A DNA stretch of 64,000 nucleotides from a phage. The position numbers were made by a program, and so were the translations under genes. Positions 1 to 10,435 of this stretch are shown here, piece after piece. The notes below the pieces were generated by a model that did no database searches, was not told the origin of the DNA, and was given only the letters and a program-made list of their open reading frames with translations. The stretch is taken from sequence record PZ445444.1. One strand, given 5' to 3'. Each line of letters starts with the position of its first letter. The first letter of the stretch is position 1.

Positions 1-1
1 A

Positions 2-76
2 GCCCGTGAACTAGAGTCCTATCTTGATGCAGCGACGACAGCAGCTGCATTTGCCGAAGAAGTGGGAGGTTTCTGA
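2..76 (+). CDS. 3' end of a CDS truncated by the window edge
   Basis: Open frame from window start ending at TGA 74-76; ATGA overlap with the next start codon at 76. Confidence 0.3.
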   Translation, partial: ARELESYLDAATTAAAFAEEVGGF

Positions 77-471
77 TGATTACAGATGTGAAGATTGTCC
101 AATACCACTTAACCAAGTTGGAAGATGCTGAGAAAGAGCTTGCAGAAGTTCTGAATAGTGGATATACTTTGCTATCATGCGCCTGCTCAGACACCTACGC
201 TGTGTGGACACTTATCAGGAAGGAAGAGCCTGCAGGGATCTTGGTGCCAAACCCTAAGATTATTAGTGAGGTGGATGACTACCCCCAGGACGGCCTGCCA
301 GAAGGCTGGGAAGTATGGGAAGGTGGTGAAAACCCTGCACCAGGTAAGTGGGTAAAATACAAACTACGTAGTGGTGCACAGTACGCTGACTACTCTGATG
401 ACCTAGACTGGAGTCATTCTTCACCAGGATCATCTGCAAGTTCATATGATATCGTTGCTTTTCAGGAATAA
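76..471 (+). CDS. hypothetical protein (131 aa)
   Basis: ORF with ATG start translationally coupled to upstream frame; no recognisable motif. Confidence 0.55.
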   Translation: MITDVKIVQYHLTKLEDAEKELAEVLNSGYTLLSCACSDTYAVWTLIRKEEPAGILVPNPKIISEVDDYPQDGLPEGWEVWEGGENPAPGKWVKYKLRSGAQYADYSDDLDWSHSSPGSSASSYDIVAFQE

Positions 472-483
472 GGAGAGGGTGTT

Positions 484-966
484 ATGTCAGATTTTATGTG
501 GAAAGTAGGCTATGCCACTCCTGAAATGTGCGAGGCTTGCTTTGTGAAAATAGGCCGCGAGGATATCGACAAAGTGATCCTTAAGTTTCGTGATGTGGCT
601 GTGATCGGCAACCGAGTGCTTAAGCACTTAAAGAATCTGAAGCTCACCAAAAAGAAGTTCTTCGGGCTTTTCGAAGAGAAAGTTGATGCTTGGACCCATT
701 GCATTCAGGAAGCTAAATCTCACTACAGTGCTATCGTTACTCCAGAACGGGTAGCTAAGATGGAAGGATTCATTAACAGCACAGAATTTGAGTGTCTGAA
801 AGCTGCACTCGATAGTTATCCGAAATGCCTTAAGCACTTGGACAAGTATGCAGAAAAGGATGGGGAAATGTATCTAACCCTGGACGCATATTATGAGATG
901 CAAGAAATTTTAAATTTAGATTTGACATTGGTATCCACCGAGTATACAATAGGTATCCGGGTTTAA
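484..966 (+). CDS. hypothetical protein (160 aa)
   Basis: ATG preceded by GGAGAGGG; followed directly by a GNRA-loop intrinsic terminator. Confidence 0.6.
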   Translation: MSDFMWKVGYATPEMCEACFVKIGREDIDKVILKFRDVAVIGNRVLKHLKNLKLTKKKFFGLFEEKVDAWTHCIQEAKSHYSAIVTPERVAKMEGFINSTEFECLKAALDSYPKCLKHLDKYAEKDGEMYLTLDAYYEMQEILNLDLTLVSTEYTIGIRV

Positions 967-972
967 CACTAG

Positions 973-1000
973 GCCCTGCCCGAAAGGGTGGGGCTTTTTG
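973..1000 (+). terminator. intrinsic terminator (9-bp stem, GAAA loop, T-run)
   Basis: gccctgccc-gaaa-gggtggggc followed by ttttt; the same element recurs at 13268-13296. Confidence 0.6.
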
Positions 1001-1017
1001 CATTAGGAGACAGCAAA

Positions 1018-1782
1018 TTGAAATTTATCTACAAAGAACACTACCACAAAGGTGTTGTGTGGAGTCTATTTGACGGGTCTGGTGGTGCAGTCATTGACTG
1101 GGCAAAAGCTGGGTACCTGTGCCTGTGCTTTAATGCAGAAGGCGCTGATCACGGCAGTTATGCAGAGGTGATCACCGATCATCCCAACATTCACTATGTG
1201 GACTATTGGATTGACCCGTGGTTCCCTCAGGAAACTTTTTGCATGTATCCGGCTCCAGATTTTATTCTTGCATTTCCTCCGTGCACGCATTTAGCGGTAT
1301 CAGGTGCTGCACATTTTAAGAAAAAGCTGGCTAAGGACCCCATGATCCAAATTAATGCTGTAAAGGATGCTCGGGTTGCGGAAGAGCTGGGAGAGATTTA
1401 CGATTGCCCGTGGCATGTAGAGAATCCTGTGGGTGTTATGTCCACACTGTGGCGCAAACCTGATTACCGTTTTCACCCTTCGGATTATGGCGGGTATTTA
1501 CCGGAAGATGATGTAAACCCATGGTTTCCTGAATTTATAGCTCCACGTGATGCCTATCCAAAAATAACTTGCGGCTGGATAGGTAATGGATTTATAATCC
1601 CAGCCACAAAACCTGTCCCGCAAATAGTTGACGCGGTTAGCGGGTATTCCATGCAACACGCCAAGCTGGGTGGAAAGAGTGCAAGAACGAAGATGATTCG
1701 AAGCCTCACACCACGTGGCTGGGCAAAAGCCGTATTCCTAGCAAACGAGCCTGTAGTAAGGAGCAGAATTAATGGGAAGTAA
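1018..1782 (+). CDS. putative DNA (cytosine-5)-methyltransferase
   Basis: Motif I-like FDGSGG, motif IV-like PPCTHLAVSG, motif VI-like ENPVGV. Probable TTG start at 1018 after GGAGA; the track ORF start at 988 lies inside the terminator stem. Confidence 0.5.
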   Translation: MKFIYKEHYHKGVVWSLFDGSGGAVIDWAKAGYLCLCFNAEGADHGSYAEVITDHPNIHYVDYWIDPWFPQETFCMYPAPDFILAFPPCTHLAVSGAAHFKKKLAKDPMIQINAVKDARVAEELGEIYDCPWHVENPVGVMSTLWRKPDYRFHPSDYGGYLPEDDVNPWFPEFIAPRDAYPKITCGWIGNGFIIPATKPVPQIVDAVSGYSMQHAKLGGKSARTKMIRSLTPRGWAKAVFLANEPVVRSRINGK

Positions 1783-3850
1783 ATTTATGGCATCTGCATA
1801 CAACCGTTTCGGTGAGCCAAACCCGAAAGCAACTAAGTATAAAAGTGGGGGAAGTGTGAAACGAGACTATCGTGATGAAAAAGAAGTTGAAACTGTAGAG
1901 ACTGTTTTAGAAAATACTAAAATTGTCCCTGTCCCACAACAAAATATCGGTCTGATGGCTGCACAATATTTTGGTGTGCGATCAGCATTGTCACAAGAAG
2001 ACGGTGTGACAGTCACTGCAACATATTTCCCATATTACGACCGCTACGGAAATCTGTCCGGTTTCAAAAAGCGTGACTGGACTATTCCTAAGGAACAAAG
2101 GGGTCACTTCTCCGTTGTTGGCATCGTAAAGGCCAACTCCCAGATGTTTGGTCAAAAGCTGTGTGCATCTTCCAACAACCGTAAGCAGATTAACGTTTGT
2201 GAGGGAGAAGGTGATGTTATTGCAGCATGGCAGGCTGCATATCAGATACAAGTAAAAGGGATTCTCACCAACGCTAAAGCCCCGGCAAAGGTGAAGCAGT
2301 GGGCTAAAGAGGTCCAGGACGGGATCGACGCAGTTATCAACGGTGGTGATCTGGCAGGAAAACCCTGCCTGCCTTTTGTTGGAATTAACTGTGGATGTGC
2401 AAACGCAGTAGATACTTTTGCAAACAATGAGAAGTTTATCCGTAGCTATGGAACAGTTGTGCTGGCAATGGATAACGATGCAGCTAACGAGGTAGAGAAG
2501 CAAAAACACGTCATTAAAGGTGTTGAGGCCACGCACAATATCGCAGCATTTTTGATGGCTGATAACGTTTACCACGTAGAATACCCTGGTGAAGTAAATG
2601 ACCCTGACGGGGTAAAAGATATCCGTGACATGCTGAAGGCTAAAAAGCTGGAAGATATTGTCAACATGTTCCGGCACCCTGTTAAATATGTGCCTGATGC
2701 TGTGTCGGATTTAGAAGACTTCTCTATCGAGTCTTTGCGGAAAAAGACTTCCAACGGGGTAGATATCAGCGCAGAGTTCCCAAAACTGCAAAAAATGCTA
2801 AAAGGCTTGCACAAAGGGACACTCGTAATGCTTACAGGGCCATCAGGGGGCGGTAAAACAACTGTAGCTAAAAAACTGGAACATTGTATTGCAAGATACC
2901 TAATGGACCCGACATGCCCGAAGGCTGATGACTATGAAGAGGATGATCGTCTATGTATGATCCATCTTGAGGAGGACCCAGAGGAAGCAATTAACTCCTT
3001 GTATGCAAACCAGTTAGGGTTTGATGTTAAAGAGTTTGTTGAAGATCCTAGCCAGTTTTTAACTGATCAAGAACACGCAGAGATTCACCAATCATGGGCA
3101 AAAGCTGGAAAAATCAAAGTGTTCAAACATTTCGGATCTATTCCGGTGGACGAGTTGATTACCAAGCTTAAGCAAATGGTTTGCCTGTACCATTGCCGTT
3201 ATATTGTGCTGGATCACCTGTCCATGGTAATTTCAGGGCTTAATGTTAAGGATGAGCGAAAAGAACTGGACATGGCTATGACTCAGCTGGCTGCGTTTTG
3301 TAAGCAGTTTAACGTGTTTATCTTGGTGATCGCTCACCTCAAACGTACAGAGATTGTGCCTCCTAAGGACAAGGATGGTAACCCGTTACCTTTCTGGTAT
3401 CCTGTGCGAAAAGAGAATTTGCGAGGATCGGCGGGGCTTGAACAGTTGAGTTGGGTAGTCATAGGTGTCGAGGCCGAAGAAATGGTGGATCGTTCTCGTG
3501 GACGTGTCCGTCTGGTAGGTCTTAAAAACCGTCCAGCAAAAACTCTAGGTATTGCTGACACTTTGGTTATGGACCCGCACACAGGTAAGTTCCATGATGC
3601 CAGTAATTGGTACTGGGACAAAGAAATGCAAATGTTTACAGACGGAGAAGGTGGGGAGGTTGTTTGGAGACCTCAGGCTATGTTTGAGGATCAGGAGCAT
3701 GCAGTTGTAGAAACACCTATGGGCAAGGTTGTGGCTGATAAGGTTGTAACTCCTACTGTTAAGCCTGTTGACACGCAGGAAGACCTCCAGTACGATGATC
3801 CATCCTCTGACCCGGTCCCCGGTTTTGAGGATGATGAAACACCTTTTTAA
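1772..3850 (+). CDS. bifunctional DNA primase-helicase (T7 gp4-like)
   Basis: 692 aa; TOPRIM-like CEGEGD segment in the N-terminal half; Walker A LTGPSGGGKTT and DnaB-family features in the C-terminal half. Confidence 0.85.
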   Translation: MGSKFMASAYNRFGEPNPKATKYKSGGSVKRDYRDEKEVETVETVLENTKIVPVPQQNIGLMAAQYFGVRSALSQEDGVTVTATYFPYYDRYGNLSGFKKRDWTIPKEQRGHFSVVGIVKANSQMFGQKLCASSNNRKQINVCEGEGDVIAAWQAAYQIQVKGILTNAKAPAKVKQWAKEVQDGIDAVINGGDLAGKPCLPFVGINCGCANAVDTFANNEKFIRSYGTVVLAMDNDAANEVEKQKHVIKGVEATHNIAAFLMADNVYHVEYPGEVNDPDGVKDIRDMLKAKKLEDIVNMFRHPVKYVPDAVSDLEDFSIESLRKKTSNGVDISAEFPKLQKMLKGLHKGTLVMLTGPSGGGKTTVAKKLEHCIARYLMDPTCPKADDYEEDDRLCMIHLEEDPEEAINSLYANQLGFDVKEFVEDPSQFLTDQEHAEIHQSWAKAGKIKVFKHFGSIPVDELITKLKQMVCLYHCRYIVLDHLSMVISGLNVKDERKELDMAMTQLAAFCKQFNVFILVIAHLKRTEIVPPKDKDGNPLPFWYPVRKENLRGSAGLEQLSWVVIGVEAEEMVDRSRGRVRLVGLKNRPAKTLGIADTLVMDPHTGKFHDASNWYWDKEMQMFTDGEGGEVVWRPQAMFEDQEHAVVETPMGKVVADKVVTPTVKPVDTQEDLQYDDPSSDPVPGFEDDETPF

Positions 3851-3865
3851 TGTTTAACAAAGAGT

Positions 3866-3894
3866 GGGAGGGGTAGTACAACCGCCTCCCCTTT
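3866..3894 (+). terminator. weak hairpin after primase-helicase
   Basis: gggagg ... cctccc stem followed by cttt; long loop, so a weak terminator at best. Confidence 0.3.
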
Positions 3895-3908
3895 AAGGAG
3901 AACACTTT

Positions 3909-4643
3909 ATGAACGAGTTCAGAGATCACTGTGTAGCTAATCACTTGTGGTCAGAAATATTGGAGTATGACGGTCAAAATCTTTTTTGGAAGATAGACAT
4001 TCTGGCAGGCAGCGGTGTAGGATATGTTAAAACTTCAGCAGGCTCCAGAGCTGACAAGGGGCAAGATGCTGATGGCAGGCCTGTGGTTAGTCTAGGAAAG
4101 CATTGCACTAAAGGTGCCCACGTTATAATCTGGGAAATGTTTAACGGTCCTGTACCGGAGGGGTATGAGGTTGACCACATCAAGGAGATAAGGGAAACAG
4201 GTGGTGTGGCTGACAACAGTATTCAAAATTTGCAACTACTCGAACCTACAGATAACAAAAAGAAAAGTTGCAAGATACCTCGTAGCAACAACAAATCTGG
4301 CAGGGTCGGGGTGCACTATTCTGAAGAAAGAGGGGCATGGGTAGCTCAAGGCACAGACTCTGTAGGTGAAAGGGTCTGGCTAGGCCAGTACAGAACTTTT
4401 GAAGAGGCAGAGTGGGCAAGAAAGTTCTTCGAAGATAATGGTTTTTCGCACAAGAGTGGAAGAGCCGTGCAGTATAATAACACCAGCGGTTGCTCAGGGG
4501 TGAATTGGGATAAAACCCATGAAAGATGGGTAGCCAGAATTTATGTAGATGGTAAAAGGAAATGCCTTGGGTATTTCAAGAACAGGGACGATGCAATAGC
4601 TGCAAGAAAGAATGCTGAGAAGACACAGGAGGAGACAGTATGA
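3909..4643 (+). CDS. free-standing HNH homing endonuclease with AP2-like repeats
   Basis: HNH core EVDHIKEIRETGGVADNSIQNLQLL; repeated RVGVHY...GAWVA and GVNWDK..RWVARI AP2-like segments; sits between primase-helicase and DNA polymerase. Confidence 0.7.
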   Translation: MNEFRDHCVANHLWSEILEYDGQNLFWKIDILAGSGVGYVKTSAGSRADKGQDADGRPVVSLGKHCTKGAHVIIWEMFNGPVPEGYEVDHIKEIRETGGVADNSIQNLQLLEPTDNKKKSCKIPRSNNKSGRVGVHYSEERGAWVAQGTDSVGERVWLGQYRTFEEAEWARKFFEDNGFSHKSGRAVQYNNTSGCSGVNWDKTHERWVARIYVDGKRKCLGYFKNRDDAIAARKNAEKTQEETV

Positions 4644-7069
4644 GTAATTGGTGCTTCGATCTGGAGGCCTCAGGGCTTTTGGAAGATCCAGATCTTTATT
4701 ATCACTGCGGTCTGTTTAAAGAGCTGAATAAGAACCGTTTTATGCTGTTCCTTCCTCTAAATGACCGCACACACTACTCCGAGGAGGATATAGAAAAGGC
4801 TAAGAACTTCATTCTGGCAAAGAAAACTCTTTATAAAGATTTTGAAGTTCGCATAGCAGATTTTTCGGAGTTGGAAGGTTGGCTTACAGGCAATTCTGAC
4901 TGGTCACCAACAGCTTTGAACTGCCATAACTGCTACAGTTATGACTTTATGCTAATGGAAAGATTATCCGGTATTCATTTTGATATGTTCCGTGATCCTA
5001 AATGCATGGGGACTATCAACGACCACCAGGTTAACCTGTTTGATACGTTGGCTATGAGCCGAATCTTGTGGCCTGATCGCCCTTTACCAAAAGGTTGTCC
5101 GGACGCTGTATTCAACCCGGTTACTAAGAAAATGCAACCTGTTGGTCCTCACGGCCTTATGGCATGGGGCTACGCCCTTGGTAACCAGAAAGTTCAAATT
5201 GATGACTGGCGCGATCTTCCGCTGTGGAAATATGTGGATCGTGTGTTCGAGGACGTTATCATCCAGGAGTTGCTCTGGAAAGAGTTGGTAGCGGAATCAA
5301 AAGGTGTATTCTACGGCAAATCTGACATGCAGAACTTTATGTATGACCCTGCCAAAGAGAAGCCTAAAGGATTCAAGAAGATTACCTGGAAGAATGCATT
5401 ACGCCGAGGCATGCTGCAGCATTTCCTGATGGAGCTGCAGGCTCGACAGGGTGTGTATTTCGACATAGATGGGGCTATTGCTTTACGTGACCGTTGCGAT
5501 GCGTGGATGAAAGAGATCGCTGATCGTGTTGAACCTCAACTTCCTTTAAAAGAGTTGTCAATGTCTCAGCGGCCCAAGTTCCCTGAAAAGCCGTTTAACC
5601 AAGACGGGACAATCTCCAATAATGGTTGGAAATGGTTAAAAGATAAGCTTGGCTATCCTGTAGACATGAGCGCTTTAGAATTCAAAGCCCCGCCTAAGCG
5701 AGCATTTACCTCCACAGGAGATGTCAGCAAGATGGGGATAAAATGGTGCGAAGAGATGGGCTGCAAAGACCCCGACAAGATGGCTGATTTCTTGAGAGGT
5801 TATATTAAGGGCACCTCCACACCACAACCTTTACCTAAAGAGCTGATGGATCAGGCAATAAGTGATCTGCAGCAGAAGCGAATGCCTGACTGCAAGATAC
5901 CTATGAAAATCAGCAATCAGGACGACATTAAGCGATACCTGATCAGTGCTGGTTGGCTTCCGACAATGTGGAGAACTAAGGATGTAACTAAGGACAGCAA
6001 GAAGAAAGCTCTACCTGATGCAGATGTTGATGCACGAGTATATGCATATATGGACGAGCTTTTAGAGTCAGAGTATTGTGACCTGATTATCAACTTCTGG
6101 AACAAAACTGATGCTAAGTTCCAGACAACCGTGCACAAGTTCCGAAGCTTTCCTAACTCCGAAAGGATTAAAAAGGAAGTATTCGGGAAAATACGTAGAA
6201 AAGCCAGGGCACTTATTACTTCTCCGCAACTGAAAGATACGTTTGGACACCTATGTCCGAATCTTGAAAAATTGAACGGAGAGATGGCTAAAGATATCGT
6301 CTTGTGGTTATCATTGCGAAACCGCAGATCGGTCCTTGATCCAATTAAGGAGGATAAGGTTGATACTGGTCTTCTTAATCACCCACGTTTGAAGATTGAC
6401 CATAAGCTTCCTGCTAAAAGCTCTGGATTAACAAACACTTCCAGACAGAAACACAGTATTTGTGCAAACATGCCTAAACCATCTCCTAAAGTGGTTATGG
6501 GTAAAGAGATGCGTAGCTTGTGGGGTGTTCCTCCTGGATACTTTGAGATCGGTATTGACGGGTCCAACTTAGAGCAGCTTATCGGGGCTTGGGGTGCCTT
6601 TGAGTTCGACAACGGCTTGTACTATGATGTTGTAAGTAACGGGGACGCACACCAAAACAATGCTGAGGCATATACAAAAGTAGCAGGCAGAGAGGTGTCT
6701 CGTAACGACGGTAAACCTATCACGTATGGGGTTATGTACGGGGCACAAAAAGATAAAGTTGCAGATATGCTGGATATCTCCCCAGAGTTGGGGCAAAGGG
6801 TGATCGATGCACTTTGGGATGCCAACCCCGGTCTTAAGGGGCGCAAAGAGGATCTGGAGAAATTCTGGGAAGCAACAGGTAAGAAGTTTATCTACTCTTT
6901 TGATGGTCATGCTATCTGGACCCGATCTAAACACTCTTTACTTAATGCATACCAACAAAATGGTGGTGCATCGCTGTGTGACTTAGTTGGGATACTCATG
7001 CACCACCAAATGGTGAAGCGTGGGTGGTACGATGAAGGTGTCCGTCGTATTATCTATTACCATAAATAA
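4640..7069 (+). CDS. DNA polymerase, family A, with 3'-5' exonuclease domain
   Basis: 809 aa; Exo I motif FDLEASG at the N-terminus; Pol A motif B-like RNDGKPITYGVMYG. Confidence 0.85.
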   Translation: MSNWCFDLEASGLLEDPDLYYHCGLFKELNKNRFMLFLPLNDRTHYSEEDIEKAKNFILAKKTLYKDFEVRIADFSELEGWLTGNSDWSPTALNCHNCYSYDFMLMERLSGIHFDMFRDPKCMGTINDHQVNLFDTLAMSRILWPDRPLPKGCPDAVFNPVTKKMQPVGPHGLMAWGYALGNQKVQIDDWRDLPLWKYVDRVFEDVIIQELLWKELVAESKGVFYGKSDMQNFMYDPAKEKPKGFKKITWKNALRRGMLQHFLMELQARQGVYFDIDGAIALRDRCDAWMKEIADRVEPQLPLKELSMSQRPKFPEKPFNQDGTISNNGWKWLKDKLGYPVDMSALEFKAPPKRAFTSTGDVSKMGIKWCEEMGCKDPDKMADFLRGYIKGTSTPQPLPKELMDQAISDLQQKRMPDCKIPMKISNQDDIKRYLISAGWLPTMWRTKDVTKDSKKKALPDADVDARVYAYMDELLESEYCDLIINFWNKTDAKFQTTVHKFRSFPNSERIKKEVFGKIRRKARALITSPQLKDTFGHLCPNLEKLNGEMAKDIVLWLSLRNRRSVLDPIKEDKVDTGLLNHPRLKIDHKLPAKSSGLTNTSRQKHSICANMPKPSPKVVMGKEMRSLWGVPPGYFEIGIDGSNLEQLIGAWGAFEFDNGLYYDVVSNGDAHQNNAEAYTKVAGREVSRNDGKPITYGVMYGAQKDKVADMLDISPELGQRVIDALWDANPGLKGRKEDLEKFWEATGKKFIYSFDGHAIWTRSKHSLLNAYQQNGGASLCDLVGILMHHQMVKRGWYDEGVRRIIYYHK

Positions 7070-7203
7070 CATTGTGGCTTCGTGCAGTGATGCACGTCGA
7101 AAACCTCTTTAATTGACGGGAAGGCTAAGTTGACTTTTACACCTAAACATGGTAAAAGCTCAATATGCTAATCCGCAGCGAAGACTAAAGGGGTGTAGTT
7201 AAA

Positions 7204-7710
7204 ATGGCTAGATCAGTTGATTATCACGGATATACCGTGTTTGATGATGGAACAATACCTTTATCGAAACGTGATCATACAACAATGTTTTGTTTTGATA
7301 ATGGTCGAGGTTACCTTTGCGTAACCATGTTCATCGAGGGGAAGCAGTGCACAAAAGGTGTCCACCACTTGGTTGCTGAATGCTTTGTATCAAACCCTGA
7401 TCCTGAAAGGCTCACATGGGTGAACCATAAGGACGGAAACAAATACAACAATGCATACTGGAACCTTGAATGGACCACCCCTGGTGGAAATATCAAACAC
7501 GCTTATGATAATGACCTCAGAGTAAGGCCAGTCGGTGAGTATAATGCCAACGCTGTACTGACCGAGGATGAGGTAACGGAGATTTGCGAACTGTTACAGA
7601 GTGGTCTACGACAATGCGAGATTAGGGATCTTGGGTATCCTTATGAGACGGTCAGAGCCATAAAGCAAAGAAGACAGTGGAAACATATCTCTAAAAACTA
7701 CACCTGGTAG
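7204..7710 (+). CDS. free-standing HNH homing endonuclease
   Basis: HNH core VNHKDGNKYNNAYWNLEWTT; located immediately after the DNA polymerase gene. Confidence 0.7.
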   Translation: MARSVDYHGYTVFDDGTIPLSKRDHTTMFCFDNGRGYLCVTMFIEGKQCTKGVHHLVAECFVSNPDPERLTWVNHKDGNKYNNAYWNLEWTTPGGNIKHAYDNDLRVRPVGEYNANAVLTEDEVTEICELLQSGLRQCEIRDLGYPYETVRAIKQRRQWKHISKNYTW

Positions 7711-7902
7711 TAACGTTCAGAGACTATCGAAAGCATAGCGCCAACATAAATTGGTGCGAAGAAGCGAGTAGAGTAGGCCAGCAAGTGCGGTCGAAATGGG
7801 AGGTGCCTTGGTAACAAGGTAGTGAGATAGTCCGATCCATACAGGAAACTGTATGGCTGTGCACGTAATGGTGCGGGGTAGCTTAACGACCTACCTGAAC
7901 TA

Positions 7903-8259
7903 TTGGATGAGTACCAACTTCAGGTCCCTGACACACCTAAGTATAAGACTGTGTACACCTTCGACACAATTGAAGAATTGGAAGCATTTAAGGCAGAGCA
8001 GGAGGCCAAACTTCATGTGTTCGACGGTCATAAGTACAAAAAGGCACGCAAGGATGAAAACGGAAACGAAGTGGTTGACAGAGACGGAAACACGGTGTAC
8101 GATCCTATCCTGAACGATGACGGAAAGCTTGAACTTATCTGGAGCCCTGTGGGTGAAATGGTGGTGCATTGCTTCTGGCAAGCTTCTAAAATGATGGGAG
8201 TCCCGTTCCAGATCACAGGTGAATACTTGTGTGGTCGTAACTGGGGTGATTGTCACTAA
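7903..8259 (+). CDS. hypothetical acidic protein (start uncertain)
   Basis: Protein-like D/E/K-rich frame; TTG start without clear RBS. The overlapping 7853 ATG frame has an RBS but a low-complexity product, so a frameshift or alternative start is possible. Confidence 0.45.
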   Translation: MDEYQLQVPDTPKYKTVYTFDTIEELEAFKAEQEAKLHVFDGHKYKKARKDENGNEVVDRDGNTVYDPILNDDGKLELIWSPVGEMVVHCFWQASKMMGVPFQITGEYLCGRNWGDCH

Positions 8260-8308
8260 TGTAAACTATCAGCACAGGGAGGTGCTGTTGAGCAAAGAGG
8301 AGACTTTT

Positions 8309-8593
8309 ATGGTAGTAGAGCCAACAAAAACATTTACATCCATGACCATTCCTGTTATTATGCAGGTGGAGTGTGTTCAGGTATCTCAAGTGTGGCCTGG
8401 CACCAAAATCCCAACAGGGCCTGATTTCTTTCAGGTTGGGAAAGTGTACAATGTCTGGAAGGCACCAGATTGTTACCCTTTCATTAAAGATGACCGTGGG
8501 ATGCTGTGGTATCTTGGAAATGACTTGACACTGCACCTTGGGAATGCTATTATTGCAGTATTCAGACTTAACAAGAAGGAGACCGATCAATGA
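8309..8593 (+). CDS. hypothetical protein (94 aa)
   Basis: ATG at 8309 preceded by AAAGAGGAGA; inside track ORF 8219..8593. Confidence 0.5.
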   Translation: MVVEPTKTFTSMTIPVIMQVECVQVSQVWPGTKIPTGPDFFQVGKVYNVWKAPDCYPFIKDDRGMLWYLGNDLTLHLGNAIIAVFRLNKKETDQ

Positions 8594-8814
8594 CGACTTT
8601 GGTTAAAGCTACCTTTGTAGAAGAAAAGATGACAGACCTGTCATTCTTTAAAGAAGGAAAGACCTACGAGGTTTATTACGATAAAGCTCGTGCAAACAAA
8701 ATGATTAAAGACGAGGAAGGGGGTTGCCTGGTATATCTCTCACCTGGCAAACGGTGAGTATCATATCTACGGAACCACTTTGCTTGCCAAGTTTGTAGTT
8801 GTTGAAGAGGACCT

Positions 8815-9009
8815 ATGAAAGTAAAGTATCTTGCTGAAGGTATGAATAGGTATTTTACCCTTGGGGAAGAATATTGGCCCTTTACAAACAACGGTGATGT
8901 CTACGTGAAAGATAATTTCGGCACGCCGTGGTTTCTGCACTCTAATGGGCTGGGATACTCCATTTACTGCGGTGCAGTGAACAACACAACTCTTGCAGAG
9001 TTCGTTTAG
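8815..9009 (+). CDS. hypothetical protein (64 aa)
   Basis: ATG start with GAAGAGGA upstream. Confidence 0.5.
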   Translation: MKVKYLAEGMNRYFTLGEEYWPFTNNGDVYVKDNFGTPWFLHSNGLGYSIYCGAVNNTTLAEFV

Positions 9010-9019
9010 AGGAGGTAGG

Positions 9020-9391
9020 ATGTTAGTAAAAGGTACCCGCACAGTCAAACAACGTATTGAAGTTGAGATTGATGATTGTGAGCTGAAGCATATTTTACGG
9101 TCATGCTCCAACGTTTTGCTCCTTAGTATTCTTCAGGAGCGAGCGGAGAACGAGTTCTTAAATGCATTGGCAGGCCGTCCCGGTGACTTCTGTGTGCGTA
9201 AGCGTGGTGACAACAAGTCATGGTTGTGGGAAATCGATGCCGACTGGGATTACCACAAAAATGAGGGTATAGATGAGCCTATTCGTGAACTGACTGACAA
9301 AGAGATTCAGATGTACAATGAAGTTTGTCATTGGGCAACACGCCAACAAATTTACCTAGACCCTGTGTGGCTGATTGAAAATAGCCATTGA
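9020..9391 (+). CDS. hypothetical protein (123 aa)
   Basis: ATG at 9020 preceded by AGGAGG; inside track ORF 8993..9391. Confidence 0.55.
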   Translation: MLVKGTRTVKQRIEVEIDDCELKHILRSCSNVLLLSILQERAENEFLNALAGRPGDFCVRKRGDNKSWLWEIDADWDYHKNEGIDEPIRELTDKEIQMYNEVCHWATRQQIYLDPVWLIENSH

Positions 9392-9416
9392 CAAGAAGTA
9401 AGATTAGATATAAGAT
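9388..9416 (+). promoter_or_regulatory. sigma70-like promoter
   Basis: TTGACA-N17-TAAGAT upstream of the gene at 9468. Confidence 0.5.
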
Positions 9417-9467
9417 GCTTCGCACAAACAGAGTGTTGATTTTTAAATAACTAAGGAGACTGCTAAG

Positions 9468-9722
9468 ATGAAAATTACTTTGAAGTCAGAATGCGTTGCA
9501 AATGACCGAGCTTTTAAAGATTGCACAGTCGGTGCAATTTATGAAGCAGAGTTTTGTGAGAACCCTCTGGTAAAAGCCCTCCTGGAAGAAGGGGCCCCTT
9601 TATCACAAGAAGAGATCGATGAGCTGGAAAACTCAGCACAGTGCCTTACCTTTAAAGATGATGAAGGAGACTCTGTCTGGTGCACTGTTAATGAAGTAGT
9701 TTTTGTAAAACCTGAACATTAA
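9468..9722 (+). CDS. hypothetical protein (84 aa), paralog of 9786..10046
   Basis: RBS AAGGAGA; shares DRAFKDCT...GD.V.CT pattern with the next gene. Confidence 0.6.
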   Translation: MKITLKSECVANDRAFKDCTVGAIYEAEFCENPLVKALLEEGAPLSQEEIDELENSAQCLTFKDDEGDSVWCTVNEVVFVKPEH

Positions 9723-9725
9723 TAC

Positions 9726-9754
9726 TTGACAACAGTGATGGAGCCTAATATAAT
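9726..9754 (+). promoter_or_regulatory. sigma70 consensus promoter
   Basis: TTGACA-N17-TATAAT exact consensus hexamers. Confidence 0.6.
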
Positions 9755-9785
9755 GGCCCTATCAAAACGAAAGGGGACCACAGCA

Positions 9786-10046
9786 ATGACCAAACAATAC
9801 CAACGAATTAAAGCCAAGGTTAAGCCAGACTATCTGGAGAAAGACTCTGCTTTTCGGGACTGCACAGCCGACAAAGTTTACACAGGGGCTGTCCTGTTGA
9901 ACGATAAACTTGAAGTAGATGTGCTGGGTAAAGAGGCCGTTATCGAGGATGACAACGGTGACTGTGTTTTCTGCACCACACGGGAGCTAGAAGTCTTAGA
10001 ATACTTCGGTGAAATCTTCAACTCTTTAGACGACGAGGAAGCGTGA
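9786..10046 (+). CDS. hypothetical protein (86 aa), paralog of 9468..9722
   Basis: ATG at 9786 after AAAGGGGA; the track start at 9726 is the promoter -35 TTG. Confidence 0.55.
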   Translation: MTKQYQRIKAKVKPDYLEKDSAFRDCTADKVYTGAVLLNDKLEVDVLGKEAVIEDDNGDCVFCTTRELEVLEYFGEIFNSLDDEEA

Positions 10047-10435
10047 TGAAAAATATTTGGGATATTGATATCTTTGAAGCCTCTAAGCTTGACGGTGCTG
10101 ATGGAGTTATTATGGTGTCTGATGGCAAGGCAACACTAACTTCCGGAGATATCATCTATGCCTTGGACGAGCTGGCGCTTCTGAAATCTACCGGTAACAC
10201 TTTAGAGGAGCGTCTTCAAGGCTTCGCCTTCAAAGAAGGCACAAATACCGCCATGATGTGCACCACACGGACAGTTCAGGTTGGTAACGGTATCTATATG
10301 ATCATTGCGGTGTGTCCTAAATTCAGCAACGTCAATAAAGATGATGCTGACGCTGTCAACGATGTGGTTGTTCTCTTCGTAGGTGACGCTATGGCAGACC
10401 TGATGAATGCAGGAGAAGCAGCAAATGAAGACTGA
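10043..10435 (+). CDS. hypothetical protein (130 aa)
   Basis: ATGA overlap with upstream stop; no recognisable motif. Confidence 0.55.
   Translation: MMKNIWDIDIFEASKLDGADGVIMVSDGKATLTSGDIIYALDELALLKSTGNTLEERLQGFAFKEGTNTAMMCTTRTVQVGNGIYMIIAVCPKFSNVNKDDADAVNDVVVLFVGDAMADLMNAGEAANED

Noticed and set aside
1991-2677. Antisense ORFs inside large genes (for example 228 aa inside the primase-helicase, and similar ones inside the polymerase and nrdA)
   Set aside because: They lie fully within well-supported genes on the opposite strand and have no start-site signals; treated as frame artefacts.
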